Shown: piece by piece, positions 39,225-50,217 of the stretch
Layout of the letters: the number at the start of each line of letters is the position of its first letter
How positions within the stretch are numbered: position 1 is the first letter of the stretch
Assembly (NCBI GenBank): GCA_965197905.1
Contig: CBDAOB010000005.1
Coordinates: forward strand, 1-64,000
Length of the DNA stretch: 64,000 nucleotides
Source of the DNA: Candidatus Latescibacterota bacterium
GTDB lineage: Bacteria > Latescibacterota > UBA2968 > UBA8231
Direction: 5' to 3'
Position numbers and translations under genes: made by a program
The notes under the pieces: model-generated
Told to the model about the DNA's origin: nothing
What the model saw: only the letters and a program-made list of their open reading frames with translations
Database searches by the model: none

Positions 39225-39239
39225 GCATGAAGTATGCCA
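39225..39239 (-). promoter_or_regulatory. Sigma-54-like promoter of coiled-coil gene copy 3
   Basis: Minus strand TGGCAT-ACTTC-ATGC (GG-N10-GC), ~60 nt upstream of the ATG. Confidence 0.6.
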
Positions 39240-39353
39240 ACTGTTTCTGCTCGGAATAGCCCGAGGAAAACGCGTTTTGCGGTGTCGAGAACTACCCGAT
39301 CGTGAGTAGTTTGCGCTTCGCCAACTATCGGACCATCAGTCGAGGAAGGGAAA

Positions 39354-40250
39354 CTAGCCGGGCTCGACGTGCGCGCCGCTCAGCACCTCCTGATACCCGT
39401 AATACGGTGCCAGCTCGTTGCGCATCTTGTCTTCGATCCAGGCCACATCCTCAGCGCTCAGATAATCGCCGTAACCACCTACCTTTCCCTTCCTCACCTT
39501 GAACGATTCCTGGTCGCTCCGGTCGCCGGGTTTCATGTAGTGCGGATGGGCGAAAGAACCCTGCGACTCCATGGAGCGCATCTTATTGAAGCTGGCGAAC
39601 TCCACCGCCTCTTCGATGACCTGGGCCGACACGTCGGTCAGGCCTAGAAACGACAACAGCTGCTCCAACGCCTCACACGGTTGCTGGTGGATCTCCTCGT
39701 ATTTCATCAACAGAAGTCTCTGAGGCACGTGTCTGTTCTCCGCCCAGATGTTATAGAACCGGACGAAATGCCTCACGCCGCCGATCTCGCTGTGCAAGAA
39801 TTCGGTGATGCCGCCGTCGAAACCTCCGACCGCCCACTTCGGGTAGAACCGTTTGGTGCGCCGGGTTTCGTGGAAGTAATAGGACACCGCCACATCCCGC
39901 AGGTCGCGAATCAGCAGGATTACCTTGGTTCCAGCGTAACGCGATTTGTCCGCGGTGATCTTTGCCACCGGGCTTCGGTTCGGCCGGCTATCGTGCGTAA
40001 AAGACACCAACGGCATGGAGGACATCCGCTTCACCCCTTCGGGATACAGGAGGCGGGTGCCATCCGGTTTCTCGTCTTCGATGCCGGCGTGACGGTAGAG
40101 GGCTCGCCCCAGCATCACCCGTAGCCAGGTGCGGCCGCATTTGGGGAAAGAGACCAAATAGGCATCTGGCTCGCGCTTGCCAGCCAGTTTTCGGTAGGTT
40201 TTTCGAAGGAATTGAGAGATTTCCGCCGGCTCTCTATGGAAACTGTCCAC
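39354..40250 (-). CDS. PAPS-dependent sulfotransferase domain protein
   Basis: 5'-PSB SFPKCGRTW, 3'-PB IRDLRDVAVSYY, KYEE and VRKGKVGG. Confidence 0.9.
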   Translation of the reverse strand: MDSFHREPAEISQFLRKTYRKLAGKREPDAYLVSFPKCGRTWLRVMLGRALYRHAGIEDEKPDGTRLLYPEGVKRMSSMPLVSFTHDSRPNRSPVAKITADKSRYAGTKVILLIRDLRDVAVSYYFHETRRTKRFYPKWAVGGFDGGITEFLHSEIGGVRHFVRFYNIWAENRHVPQRLLLMKYEEIHQQPCEALEQLLSFLGLTDVSAQVIEEAVEFASFNKMRSMESQGSFAHPHYMKPGDRSDQESFKVRKGKVGGYGDYLSAEDVAWIEDKMRNELAPYYGYQEVLSGAHVEPG

Positions 40251-40350
40251 CTATTTGCTTTCAATTATAACGTCGGTTGGAGCAAAAGAGTAGCCTCCTC
40301 CCGATCCGCATGGAACCAATCAGATGGGATCTCTCAACACGCCTCATATA

Positions 40351-41379
40351 ATGAATAGGCGCAGGCAGCGGAGTAGGAGGTCGATTTGTCGCTCTCTGTA
40401 TCGTCTTTCAATCGCCTCGCTGCTTCTGACCGTCGTCGGCTGCGCTACTGCTCCACCCGGCCAAAGCACTGGACTGGAAAGTTTTAGCTTTGCGCTTATG
40501 GCCGATATGCCGTACTCGCTGGAGCAAGACTCCGAATTCTCGCGCTTGACCGACAACATAAACGCCGATAAAGATCTGCGCTGGGTCGTCCACCTGGGAG
40601 ATTTCAAGGGGGGATCCGCTCCATGCACGGATAGCGTGCTCGTGCACCGACTGGACCTGTTTCAGAAATTCGAGCATCCCTTCATATTCGTACCTGGAGA
40701 CAACGACTGGACCGACTGCCACCGCACCGGTTCCGATCCGCTGGAACGACTGATCATGATGCGTTCCGTTTTCTTCCCGGAACCCGGTCGTACGCTGGGA
40801 AGGCAGACGATGCCGGTAGTCACGCAGGCCGCCAACCCGATGTTTACGGAGTTCCCCGAGCACGTTCGTTGGAAGAAGAACGGAGTGACGTTCGCTGCCT
40901 TGCACATCGTGGGAAGTTTTAACGCCGGCTGGACTTTCGAGCGCCGAACTGAAGCGCACGACGACGAGGTAGCGCGCCGCACCAACGCCGCCATCGCCTG
41001 GATGCAGCAGAGTTTCGAGTCAGCGATCGCCGACAAGTCGGCCGGCCTGTTCCTGATGATCCACGGCAATCCCCGGTTCGAAGCGATCCCCACCGACACC
41101 TTATCCCAACAAGCGTACGGGGGGTTCGTCGGGGCCTTGGAACGCGAGGTCATCCGCTTCAACAAGCCGGTTATCCTGGCACATGGCGATTCCCACTACT
41201 TCCGTATCGACAAACCATTGCGAAACTCGGCCACCGGCCGCAGGTTAATGCGGTTCACTAGGGTGGAACCGTTTGGGGCCCCGGATATGCATTGGCTGCG
41301 GATCATCGTCGATCCGGTAGATGATCAGGTGTTCTCCATCCACCCGGAAATCGTTCCCGAGCATCTTTACGATCCGTAA
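40351..41379 (+). CDS. Calcineurin-like metallophosphoesterase, probable lipoprotein
   Basis: ADMPY, VHLGDFK, PGDNDWTDC, HGDSH and lipobox VVGC. Start codon uncertain. Confidence 0.8.
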   Translation: MNRRRQRSRRSICRSLYRLSIASLLLTVVGCATAPPGQSTGLESFSFALMADMPYSLEQDSEFSRLTDNINADKDLRWVVHLGDFKGGSAPCTDSVLVHRLDLFQKFEHPFIFVPGDNDWTDCHRTGSDPLERLIMMRSVFFPEPGRTLGRQTMPVVTQAANPMFTEFPEHVRWKKNGVTFAALHIVGSFNAGWTFERRTEAHDDEVARRTNAAIAWMQQSFESAIADKSAGLFLMIHGNPRFEAIPTDTLSQQAYGGFVGALEREVIRFNKPVILAHGDSHYFRIDKPLRNSATGRRLMRFTRVEPFGAPDMHWLRIIVDPVDDQVFSIHPEIVPEHLYDP

Positions 41380-41480
41380 CCGAGCGACCGTAGATTCGCA
41401 TTTTGGCGGGCACGACACGGCGGTTGTAAAGGCACAGCAATCGAATCTCACCCCCCTCACGACTTCTCAAAGGATCTGAT

Positions 41481-42446
41481 ATGACCATCGATTCTCCGAA
41501 TCCCCAGGTAAGTCCCTACGACCTGAGCGACGATGACGGCTACATGTGGCTCAAGGGCAACCTGCATTCCCACACCACCAACTCCGACGGCAAGCCGTCG
41601 CCGCAGGAACGGCTGGACGGCTACGTAAACCACGGGTACGACTTCCTGTGCCTTTCGGATCACTACAAGATCACCCGCACCGATACGGTGAAAGCGCCGA
41701 AGGAATTTGTCCTGATCCAGGGGGCTGAACTGCATCCCCACAATCCGTTCGGAGGCAGTACCCACCATTTCGTCTGTCTCAATATCCACGAGGACATGGA
41801 CACGCCGAAGATGCCGCCGCAGCATGTCATCGATGGGGTCAACGATCAGGGAGGCAGCATCTGGCTTGCTCACCCTCACTGGAGCTCGGTGAATATTCTG
41901 CGGGATACGATACCTCTTCATGGATTGGCGGGCATCGAGGTATTCAATACAACCTGTCGCGCCAAAGCCCGTGGTGAGTCGGGGGTGCACTGGGACGACT
42001 GGATGGAGCAGGAGGATCGAATCTATCCTGCTCTCGCAAACGACGATGCCCACGCGCTGGAGTCTGAGAACCATGACACCTACCAGGGGTGGACCATGGT
42101 GCGGGTCAAGGAGCGCAGTGCGACCGCGGTTACCGCCGCGCTCACCAGCGGTACCTCCTATTCCACCAACGGTCCCGAGATTCACGATATCAGCCTGCGC
42201 AGGGTCGATGAGGAGGGAGACGAACGCCAGCTGGTGGAAGCAACGGTGAAATCGTCGGAGGCCCTCCGAGTCTTTGGCGTTTGCAACCAGGTCGGCGAGG
42301 AGTATTACGACGGCGGACGCACCTTCGAAACCGCAACCTTTACGTTGCGTGCCAACTCGCGCTGGGTCCGTTTCGAGGTCCACGGCCCGGACGGGACCAA
42401 AGCCTGGTCGAATCCGTTCGACTTGACCGAGATGGAGCGGAACTAG
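41481..42446 (+). CDS. PHP-domain metallohydrolase (CehA/McbA-like)
   Basis: KGNLHSHTTNSDG, LSDH, AHPHWS, IEVFN, NDDAH and AWSNP. Confidence 0.88.
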   Translation: MTIDSPNPQVSPYDLSDDDGYMWLKGNLHSHTTNSDGKPSPQERLDGYVNHGYDFLCLSDHYKITRTDTVKAPKEFVLIQGAELHPHNPFGGSTHHFVCLNIHEDMDTPKMPPQHVIDGVNDQGGSIWLAHPHWSSVNILRDTIPLHGLAGIEVFNTTCRAKARGESGVHWDDWMEQEDRIYPALANDDAHALESENHDTYQGWTMVRVKERSATAVTAALTSGTSYSTNGPEIHDISLRRVDEEGDERQLVEATVKSSEALRVFGVCNQVGEEYYDGGRTFETATFTLRANSRWVRFEVHGPDGTKAWSNPFDLTEMERN

Positions 42447-42468
42447 CCTGCTACTAGAAAGGATTTCA

Positions 42469-43221
42469 ATGGAGCCGGAGCGACACATAAAGGTAGAAGG
42501 TGCGTTCAATGTTCGAGATCTGGGGGGCTATGAGACCTGCGAAGGGCGCCGCACGAAGTGGAGGCGGTTTCTCCGGGCGGACTGCCTGGACAAGGTAGAC
42601 GGGGAACACCTTGCTTCCCGCTTCGATGGGGGATTGAAGACGGTGGTCGATCTCAGGAGCGCGAGAGAGATCGAAGAAGAACCCTCAGTTTTTCGTTCAT
42701 CAACGGAGGGCCCCAACTATTTGCATGTCGATCTGATCGGTGATCCCAGGTTGATCGACGATCCTACGAAATGGCCACAGCCGCCCGAACCGCCGCAACG
42801 TTATCTGGCCATCTACAAAACCTGGATAGACGATCGGCAAGATGCGATCCGCACAGTCCTCTCCAGCTTCGCCGAGTCCGACGCGTTGCCGGCGCTGTTC
42901 AACTGCCATGCGGGAAAGGATCGCACCGGCGTTATCGCAGCGCTGCTGCTGGGGCTGGCCGGCGTGCCCGATGAAACGATCGTCGCCGACTACGCCCTCA
43001 GCGGTCCTAACCTCTGGCACCGGGAGATGGCTACCTTTAGGGAAACGCACGGTGAAGAGTCCTCGATGGAGGATTTCAGCGCCGAGGTATCGTCCGCCCG
43101 GAACATGGAGCTTACCTTGGAATACCTGAACGAACGGTATGGAGGTATTCCAACCTATCTCACCACGATAGGGTTGAGCTCAGAAGAGCGCGACTGCTTG
43201 CGAAAGGCTTTGCTGGATTGA
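42469..43221 (+). CDS. Tyrosine-protein phosphatase family (Y_phosphatase3-like)
   Basis: [14 protein letters not shown] and the P-loop CHAGKDRTG. Confidence 0.92.
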   Translation: MEPERHIKVEGAFNVRDLGGYETCEGRRTKWRRFLRADCLDKVDGEHLASRFDGGLKTVVDLRSAREIEEEPSVFRSSTEGPNYLHVDLIGDPRLIDDPTKWPQPPEPPQRYLAIYKTWIDDRQDAIRTVLSSFAESDALPALFNCHAGKDRTGVIAALLLGLAGVPDETIVADYALSGPNLWHREMATFRETHGEESSMEDFSAEVSSARNMELTLEYLNERYGGIPTYLTTIGLSSEERDCLRKALLD

Positions 43222-44603
43222 ACGACGAAAAGCTCAGCATCTGCTGCGTTGGCGCCGGTTACGTCGGCGGTCCCACGATGGCCGTGATCGCCGACCGCTG
43301 CAAACGGGCTACGGTAACGGTTGTGGACCAGGACGACGCCCGCATCGCGGCGTGGAATTCCGACCGGCTTCCCATCTTCGAGCCGGGGCTGGAGGAGGTC
43401 GTGCGGCGCAACCGGGACCGCTCCCTCTTCTTCTCTACCGAGATCGACGCTACTATTCGCAAGTCGGACATAGTGTTCATCGCGGTGAATACGCCGACCA
43501 AGACCTACGGAATCGGCACTGGACGTGCGGCGGACATGGAGTTCCTCGAGATCTGCGCGCGACGGATCGCTGAAGTGGCCGAAGGTCACAAAGTGGTGGT
43601 GGAGAAGTCGACGGTGCCGGTGCGGACCGCGGAAACGGTGCGCACGATTCTCGATACCCGTACCGAGGGTGCCAGCTTCCAGGTGCTTTCCAACCCCGAG
43701 TTCATGGCGGAAGGTTCGGCCATTCGCGATCTGGAGCAGCCGGACCGGGTGTTGATCGGTGGCGAGCGCTCGCCGGAAGGGGACCGAGCGGTGGCGCAGC
43801 TGAAGTCGGTCTACTCCAGCTGGGTGCCCGAGGAAAAAATCCTCACCACGGATCTGTGGTCTTCAGAGCTCACCAAACTCATCGCCAATGCCTTTCTCGC
43901 CCAGCGCATCTCTTCCATCAACGCCGTCTCCGCATTGTGCGAGGCGACCGAGGCGGATGTGGAGGAGATCTCCAACGCCATCGGCAAGGATCGTCGCATT
44001 GGTCCCGATTTCCTCAAGAGCTCGGTTGGTTTCGGCGGCTCCTGTTTCCAGAAAGACATCCTCAACCTCGTGTATCTGTGCGAGACCTTCGGGCTGCGGG
44101 AGGTTGCGGACTACTGGGAGCACGTGGTGCGGATCAACGACTACCAGAAGCGGCGCTTTTCGAAACGGATCATCGAGGCGCTCTTTGGAACGGTGTCGGG
44201 AAAGCGAGTCGCGGTGCTCGGCTACGCCTTCAAGAAGGATACCAACGACATCCGCGAGTCGCCGGCCATCTACGTCTGCCGCGACCTTCTTGCCGAGCAG
44301 GCTTCGCTGGCGGTCTACGATCCGCGGGTCGAGCCGGAACAGCTGCGCTCATCCCTCGGCGCCGACGAGGACCCAACCGGCGCCGGAGCGCCGGAGGTGG
44401 AGATCTGCTCCGATCCGTACGCCGCCGCCCAGGGAGCTCACGCGATTGCCGTGCTGACCGACTGGGATGAATTCCGTGACCTGGATTACCAGCGGATCTT
44501 CGATTCGATGGCCAAACCGGCCTGTGTGTTCGACGGTCGCAATGTGGTCGATCTGGTCAAGTTGCAGCAAATCGGTTTTCGCACCTTCGGCATAGGCAAG
44601 TAG
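43218..44603 (+). CDS. ugd: UDP-glucose 6-dehydrogenase
   Basis: [28 protein letters not shown] and [13 protein letters not shown]. Confidence 0.96.
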   Translation: MNDEKLSICCVGAGYVGGPTMAVIADRCKRATVTVVDQDDARIAAWNSDRLPIFEPGLEEVVRRNRDRSLFFSTEIDATIRKSDIVFIAVNTPTKTYGIGTGRAADMEFLEICARRIAEVAEGHKVVVEKSTVPVRTAETVRTILDTRTEGASFQVLSNPEFMAEGSAIRDLEQPDRVLIGGERSPEGDRAVAQLKSVYSSWVPEEKILTTDLWSSELTKLIANAFLAQRISSINAVSALCEATEADVEEISNAIGKDRRIGPDFLKSSVGFGGSCFQKDILNLVYLCETFGLREVADYWEHVVRINDYQKRRFSKRIIEALFGTVSGKRVAVLGYAFKKDTNDIRESPAIYVCRDLLAEQASLAVYDPRVEPEQLRSSLGADEDPTGAGAPEVEICSDPYAAAQGAHAIAVLTDWDEFRDLDYQRIFDSMAKPACVFDGRNVVDLVKLQQIGFRTFGIGK

Positions 44604-45884
44604 ATGGCTGAATATCCCGAGGTATTTCGCGTCCGTCAGCATTTCGACGTGCCCCAGGTCGACGACCTGGTCGCCGAGGTCGAGCAGCAACTGCAGCGAC
44701 TTTCCCTGAGCAAACAGGTCAAGCCGGGGCAAACCGTCGCTATCTCTGTGGGTAGTCGCGGCATCTCGGGCATCCACCAGATCGTCAAAGCCGCGGTCGG
44801 TCATTTCAAGCAGCTGGGAGCTGAGCCGTTTATCGTGCCGGCGATGGGGAGCCACGGTGGCGGTCGTGCCGAAGGGCAGCAGCAGCTGCTAGAAACGCTG
44901 GGCGTCACCGAAGAGTTCTGCGAATGCCCGATTCGCGCCAGCATGGAAACGGTGGTCGTGTGCGATGCGGCCGAGGGGTTTCCAGTGCACTTCGACAAAC
45001 ACGCTTACGGCGCCGACCACGTGGTGGTGTGCAACCGGATCAAGTCCCACACCCAGTTCGTCGGAGACATCGAGAGCGGCCTCATGAAGATGATGCTGAT
45101 CGGACTGGGGAAACATGCCGGCGCCAAGATCTATCACCGGGCGATCAAGGATTTCAGCTTCGGTCAGATCGTGCGCAGCGTGGCCAGTGTCGTACTGGAG
45201 CGCTGCTCGATTCTCGCCGGCATCGCCATCGTCGAGAACAGCTACTGCCGCACGGCAAAGATCGAAGCGGTGACCCCGGAACGATTCGAGGAACGCGAGA
45301 AGGCGCTGCTGTTGAATGCCAAGGAGTGGGCGGCGCGGCTACCGTTCAACGTCGCGGATGTCCTGCTCATCGACGAGGTGGGCAAGAATATCAGCGGTAC
45401 CGGATTCGACCTGAGCATCACCGGTCGCCGCAACCTGGTGCACCAACCTTCGGAGGAAGAGTATCCGAAGGTCAGGATGATCGGGCTCCGCGACCTGACC
45501 GAGGCTTCCCATGGAAATGGAGAAGGCATGGGTCTCGCCGAGTTCTGTCGCAAACGGGTGCTCGACAAGGTGGATCTCGAGGTCACCCGAATCAACGGGC
45601 TGACCAGCGGGCACTTCACTGGATCCATGATCCCCATCGACTTCGACACCGACGCACGGCTACTGGAGGTGATGTTGGCGCAGATCGGACTCACCGAACC
45701 GCCCGATGCCAAACTGATGTGGATTCGCAACACCGTCGATCTGGCCGAGGTCGAGTGTTCGGCCGCCTATATGGACGAAGCGAGGGAGCGCGACGATCTG
45801 GAGCTTCTCACCGAGCCGCGATCGTTGGAGTTCGACCCGGAGGGCAACCTGTCCGACGAGCATATGCGTCTCAGCAGCCCGTGA
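44604..45884 (+). CDS. Lactate-racemase N-terminal-like (DUF2088/DUF362-type) protein
   Basis: VAISVGSRGI, PAMGSHGG, NRIKSHT, ESGLMKM..IGLGK and GKNISGTG. Confidence 0.8.
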   Translation: MAEYPEVFRVRQHFDVPQVDDLVAEVEQQLQRLSLSKQVKPGQTVAISVGSRGISGIHQIVKAAVGHFKQLGAEPFIVPAMGSHGGGRAEGQQQLLETLGVTEEFCECPIRASMETVVVCDAAEGFPVHFDKHAYGADHVVVCNRIKSHTQFVGDIESGLMKMMLIGLGKHAGAKIYHRAIKDFSFGQIVRSVASVVLERCSILAGIAIVENSYCRTAKIEAVTPERFEEREKALLLNAKEWAARLPFNVADVLLIDEVGKNISGTGFDLSITGRRNLVHQPSEEEYPKVRMIGLRDLTEASHGNGEGMGLAEFCRKRVLDKVDLEVTRINGLTSGHFTGSMIPIDFDTDARLLEVMLAQIGLTEPPDAKLMWIRNTVDLAEVECSAAYMDEARERDDLELLTEPRSLEFDPEGNLSDEHMRLSSP

Positions 45885-45965
45885 CAAAACGCCATTTGGG
45901 CTGCGGCCGCAATTTCTCGGCCTCGCCGACAAAGCGCATTTCACCACGGGCCGCTACCCTCTGAC

Positions 45966-46606
45966 ATGGCAACAGACGCTCATCCGCGGCATCCCCGCGT
46001 CTACCTCGCGTGGTGCAGCGTCCTCCATGTAATTACGGACGGCTATATCGCCAGCATTTCGCTGCTGCTTCCTTTCATGGCGGCAGACCTGGGATTGAGC
46101 TACACCCAGTCCGGCCTGATCAAAACGGCCAGCCACGGAGCCATCAGCCTTTTCCAGATACCGGCCGGTTTACTGTCCGAGCGCATCGGCGAGGTGCTGA
46201 TCCTAGGACTCGGGTTGGCCTGGCACAGCGCCAGCTTCATGGCGCTCCTCATGGCGGTCGGTTTCCCCCTCACACGCATGTTGTGGTCAACCTGCCGTTG
46301 CGCACCGGACTGCGAGAAAAGGTCGAAGCCCCGCCGTTATGGTGGGGCGGGGTAGGGGAAAAAGGATGCGCCGATCGAAGTCTGTATCGGCGATTCTTGA
46401 AAGCGGGGCTTACGGATGTAGAGATGTTGCCCCAGTTGGCTACCTACACGGACAAGGAGCGCCTGGAAGGGCAGTATCCGCAGTTCGCCGCTTTGCTGGA
46501 TCCGGAAGAGGTCGACGAGTGGTGGCAGGCGGTAAAGCTGGCCGATGCCGACGGAACGGCGTTCATCTCACAGCCGTTTCACAGTGCCGTGGGTATCAAG
46601 ACGTAA
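45966..46606 (+). pseudogene. Chimeric remnant: MFS transporter N-terminus joined out of frame to the C-terminus of an unrelated (probably methyltransferase-type) gene
   Basis: HVITDGY...LLPF...LGLSYTQSG...GLLSERIG stops after three TMs at ~46272. A second frame continues VNLPL...GCADRSLYRRF..AGL...PFHSAVGIKT*. Confidence 0.6.
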
Positions 46607-46737
46607 CACCCAATGTCGTCTGGACTGGTACGGACATCGGTTGCAAGGACCCGCATCCGCAAACCTCCCTGCGGCCGGTTGCCTGGCGCACCAAGATATT
46701 CCTTGACGGTCGCCAGCACCGTCACGTACTTCAAGAC

Positions 46738-47076
46738 ATGAGCCCAAACGAAGACACTGCGGTAACATCTGAGCTCGACGAGATCGTTGCCAAAATTATT
46801 GAAGAGGGCAACCCATTGAAGGTCGTGCTATTCGGTTCGCGGGCCCGGGGCGACCACCGTCCGGACAGCGACATCGATCTATTGATTGTGGAGCAATCCT
46901 CTTTGCCGCGGTACAAGCGTTCGGCACGTTATTACGTAGCCACCATGGGCTTGTTTCCGGCCATCGAAATCGTTGTCTGGACCCCGGGGGAAATACGCGA
47001 ATGGGAGCAAGTGCCGAACCACTTCGTCACGGCCGCCTTGAAAGAAGGCAAGGTGTTGCATGAACGGCCCGGCTGA
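46738..47076 (+). CDS. Minimal nucleotidyltransferase (MNT), partner of the HEPN protein
   Basis: LFGSRARGD..PDSDIDLL. A TGACGGT-N7-ACCGTCA palindrome lies just upstream. Confidence 0.9.
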   Translation: MSPNEDTAVTSELDEIVAKIIEEGNPLKVVLFGSRARGDHRPDSDIDLLIVEQSSLPRYKRSARYYVATMGLFPAIEIVVWTPGEIREWEQVPNHFVTAALKEGKVLHERPG

Positions 47077-47449
47077 CCTGGCACGGGGATGGCTGCAGAA
47101 AGCAGACAGCGATATCGCCGCGGCATCCCAGGTCGTCGCCGGTGAGGGGCCGTATGACACTGCCTGTTTCCACGCCCAACAGGCGATCGAGAAGTCGCTG
47201 AAGGCTGTTCTTGCCTACAAGGGCAAAGAAATTCCCCGCACGCACAACCTGGCGTATCTCGCTTCAGCCGTAGACAACTCGGTAGATTCCCTCGAGCTCG
47301 ACCCCAAAAAGCTCGGCGGCATTACCGCGTACGCCGTCGAGTTGCGGTACGACCCGGGGTTCTGGCCGGAGCGGGAGACCGCAGTGGAAGCCCTCGAAAT
47401 CGCTCGAGACGTCCAAAGAATCGTTGCCACCGCGCTGCCGAGTACCTGA
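47060..47449 (+). CDS. HEPN domain protein
   Basis: ACFHAQQAIEKSLKA, PRTHNL and LRY motifs. Overlaps the MNT gene. Confidence 0.92.
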   Translation: MNGPADLARGWLQKADSDIAAASQVVAGEGPYDTACFHAQQAIEKSLKAVLAYKGKEIPRTHNLAYLASAVDNSVDSLELDPKKLGGITAYAVELRYDPGFWPERETAVEALEIARDVQRIVATALPST

Positions 47450-47551
47450 GCTGATTCCACCCACTGAAGACCTCGTTCACAGATTCCGGTGAGACTCTCA
47501 CCCTCTTTCGGAGGGTTGGCGCTAGCCAGCCAGTGGAGGGAACAACAGTTC

Positions 47552-49533
47552 ATGAAATCACCCAAATCAGACGCTCAACAAACCGACGAATCGATACAGG
47601 ACGGACTGGCCCATTACCAGGCCGGACGACTGCAACAAGCGGAAACCATCTTCCAATCCATCTTGCAGGAACATCCCCAACATCCCGACGCCTTGCATCT
47701 GCTGGGAGTCCTCAAACATAGAGAAGGAGACCACGAAACCGCCGTCGGTCTGATCGAAGAGGCCATAAAATCGAACCCGACGGCACCGGCCTTTTTCAAC
47801 AACTGCGGTGAAGTCTATCGTGCATTGCAAGACTACGATTCGGCCATTGCCCGCTATGAGCAGGCCCTTGCCCTCAATCCGAAATACGCCGAGGCGTTCT
47901 ACAACCTGGGGATCACCCTTAACCAACTGGGCCGGCACGAAGAGGCTATCGAGCGCTATAAACAGGCCCTTGCCCTCAAGCCGGGCCATGGCAAGGCACA
48001 CAACAACCTGGGGAATGCGCTACGGAATCTGGGCCGTCAGGAAGATGCCCTTACCCACTATGGTCAGGCCCTTGCCATCCGGCCGAACTACGCCGAGGCG
48101 CACTACAACCTGGGGAATGCCCTCCAAGAGCTGGGCCGTCATGAAGAAGCGATCGCTTGTTACGAGCGCGCCGTTGCCATTGAGCCCGACTTCGCCGAGG
48201 CATACAACAACCTGGGAAACGCCCTCCATAAGATCGGACGGCATGACGAAGCGATTGTCCCCCTCGAACAAGCCGTTGCCCTCAAGCCGCATCTTGCCGA
48301 GGCGCACAGCAACCTGGGAAATGTCCTGCAGGAGCTGAGCCGGCACGACGAAGCCATTGCCAGTTACGAGCAGGCCCTCGATCTAAAGCCAGATTTCGCC
48401 GAGGCACATTACAATCTGGGAATTCCCTCCAGGACCTGGGCCGGCAGGAAGACGCCATCGCCAGTTACGAGCAGGCTCTTGTTCTCAAGCCTGACCACGC
48501 CGAGGCGCGAAGAAGTTTGACCCTGATCAAACCAAGTCCCGATCAAATTCCGCTGTTGGAAAAGCGTCTGACAGACCCGTCAACATCAGAGGAAGACGCG
48601 ATCCACCTGCATTTCGCGCTTGCCGATCTTTTCGACCAGGCCAATTCCTGCACCGATGCATTTGAACACGTGAAGAAAGCCAACGACCTGAAACGAAAAA
48701 CGATCACCTATGATGCGCGACAGCATTCTGTTTTTGTAGACCGAGTGATCAAGACCTATGCGACAAGCTTTTTCGAAACCAACACTGCGCGCGGGTCCGA
48801 TTCGGAACTGCCCGTATTCATCGTTGGCTTACCACGCTCCGGAACTACCCTCGTAGAACAGATTGTATCTAGCCATCCGCAGGTGTTTGGAGCGGGCGAG
48901 CTTGGATCTCTTATGGCCATTGAAGAAGGGATATCCAAAGAGATAGAAACATCGCGCCCTTACCCGGAGGGAATTTCGTCTTGCAAGGACTCAGTCGCAG
49001 CTGAGTTTTCGACCAGATATCTGCGTGAGCTGCGCGAGTACTCGCCGTCCGCAATCCGAATTACCGACAAGATGCCGAGCAATTTTCTCAGGATTGGTCT
49101 TATCAAAATCCTGTTCCCGAAGGCGCGCATCATTCATTGCAAACGCAATGCGCTCGATACCTGTACTTCTATCTTTCTGAATTATTTGGTAAAAGGTCAT
49201 GATTACTCCTTCGACCTAGAGGAGTTAGGGCAATATTATCTGGACTACGAGAGATTGATGAGACACTGGCGCGGCGTGGTCGCCGATGAAATATTCGAAG
49301 TGCAGTACGAAGAATTGGTTACGGATCAGGAGTCGGTTAGCCGGCAACTCATCGAACATGTCGGATTGGAGTGGGATGACACCTGCCTCGATTTTCACGA
49401 GAACACACGGGTGGTGAAGACGGCCAGCAATCTGCAGGTGCGCAAGCCGATGTACAAAAACTCGATCAACAGATGGCGGCGGTATGAGAAACAGCTGGCA
49501 CCCCTGGTAGCAATGCTCGATACCCACATCTGA
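47552..49533 (+). CDS. TPR-repeat sulfotransferase (frameshift in G run at ~48420)
   Basis: About nine 34-aa TPRs. Adding one G joins them to the frame with FIVGLPRSGTTLVEQI, DKMPSN and TASNLQVRKP. Confidence 0.9.
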
Positions 49534-49589
49534 ACTACGCGTGTGCCTGCGGCCACGCTTCTTGCAGACATCATATCCCCTTGCCCTAA

Positions 49590-49623
49590 TTGACCGGTGT
49601 AAACATTTTGTTTATAATTACAC
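49590..49623 (+). promoter_or_regulatory. Sigma-70 promoter and operator of higBA, probably leaderless
   Basis: TTGACC-17 bp-TATAAT ends 8 nt before the ATG. Overlapping palindromes TAAACA-N3-TGTTTA and GTGTAA...TTACAC. Confidence 0.75.
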
Positions 49624-49626
49624 TTC

Positions 49627-49909
49627 ATGATTCGGTCGTTTGCCGACACCGAGACTGAGCGTTTCTACAATGTTGGAAAATCCCGTCGTTATCCGCCCTC
49701 CATCCAAGCAAGGGCCGCGATGCGGCTGACACAATTGAACGCCGCCACGCGTCTGGACGACTTGCGTTTGCCACCATCGAATCGATTGGAAGCCCTGAAA
49801 AGCGATCGCGTCGGTCAGTGGAGCATCCGTATTAACGACCAATGGCGGGTGTGTTTCCGCTTTGAGAGCGGTGACGCGTTCAATGTCGAAATCCGACTAC
49901 CACAGATAG
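49627..49909 (+). CDS. higB: HigB (RelE-family) toxin; native end DYHR* is out of frame in this sequence
   Basis: MIRSFAD...DLRLPPSNRLEALK.DR.GQWSIRINDQWRVCF...VEI. GAC TAC CAC AGA TAG follows in a shifted frame. Confidence 0.85.
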
Positions 49910-49917
49910 GAGTCAGC

Positions 49918-50217
49918 ATGAACAAGGACGGCCTGCCCCCGATCCATCCCGGAGAATTTCTGCGTGAGATTCTGGAGGAGTTGGACATTTCTCAAGCTAA
50001 GTTCGCTCGCGCCATCGGCATTTCGCCAATGCGGGTGTCACACGTGGTGAACGGAGCGCGACCTGTGACGGCCGAATTAGCGCTCCTGTTTAGCAGGGCC
50101 TTCCATCATCAATCGCCGCAATACTGGCTCAATCTGCAAGCTGCGTACGACTTGAAAACCACCGAAACGGCCATAGCCAAACAGCTGAGAGCGGTCCCCG
50201 ATCTTTCGTCTGTTTGA
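49918..50217 (+). CDS. higA: HigA antitoxin (HTH)
   Basis: PIHPGEFLRE...SQAKFARAIGIS...WLNLQAAYDL, with its own AGGAG RBS. Confidence 0.9.
   Translation: MNKDGLPPIHPGEFLREILEELDISQAKFARAIGISPMRVSHVVNGARPVTAELALLFSRAFHHQSPQYWLNLQAAYDLKTTETAIAKQLRAVPDLSSV

Noticed and set aside
41457..42509. Long antisense or alternate-frame ORFs (also 3060..3929, 44924..45964, 55376..56482)
   Set aside because: They are shadows of well-supported genes in GC-rich DNA with no recognisable motifs.
47800..48500. 102-bp tandem DNA repeats
   Set aside because: These are ordinary 34-aa TPR coding repeats.
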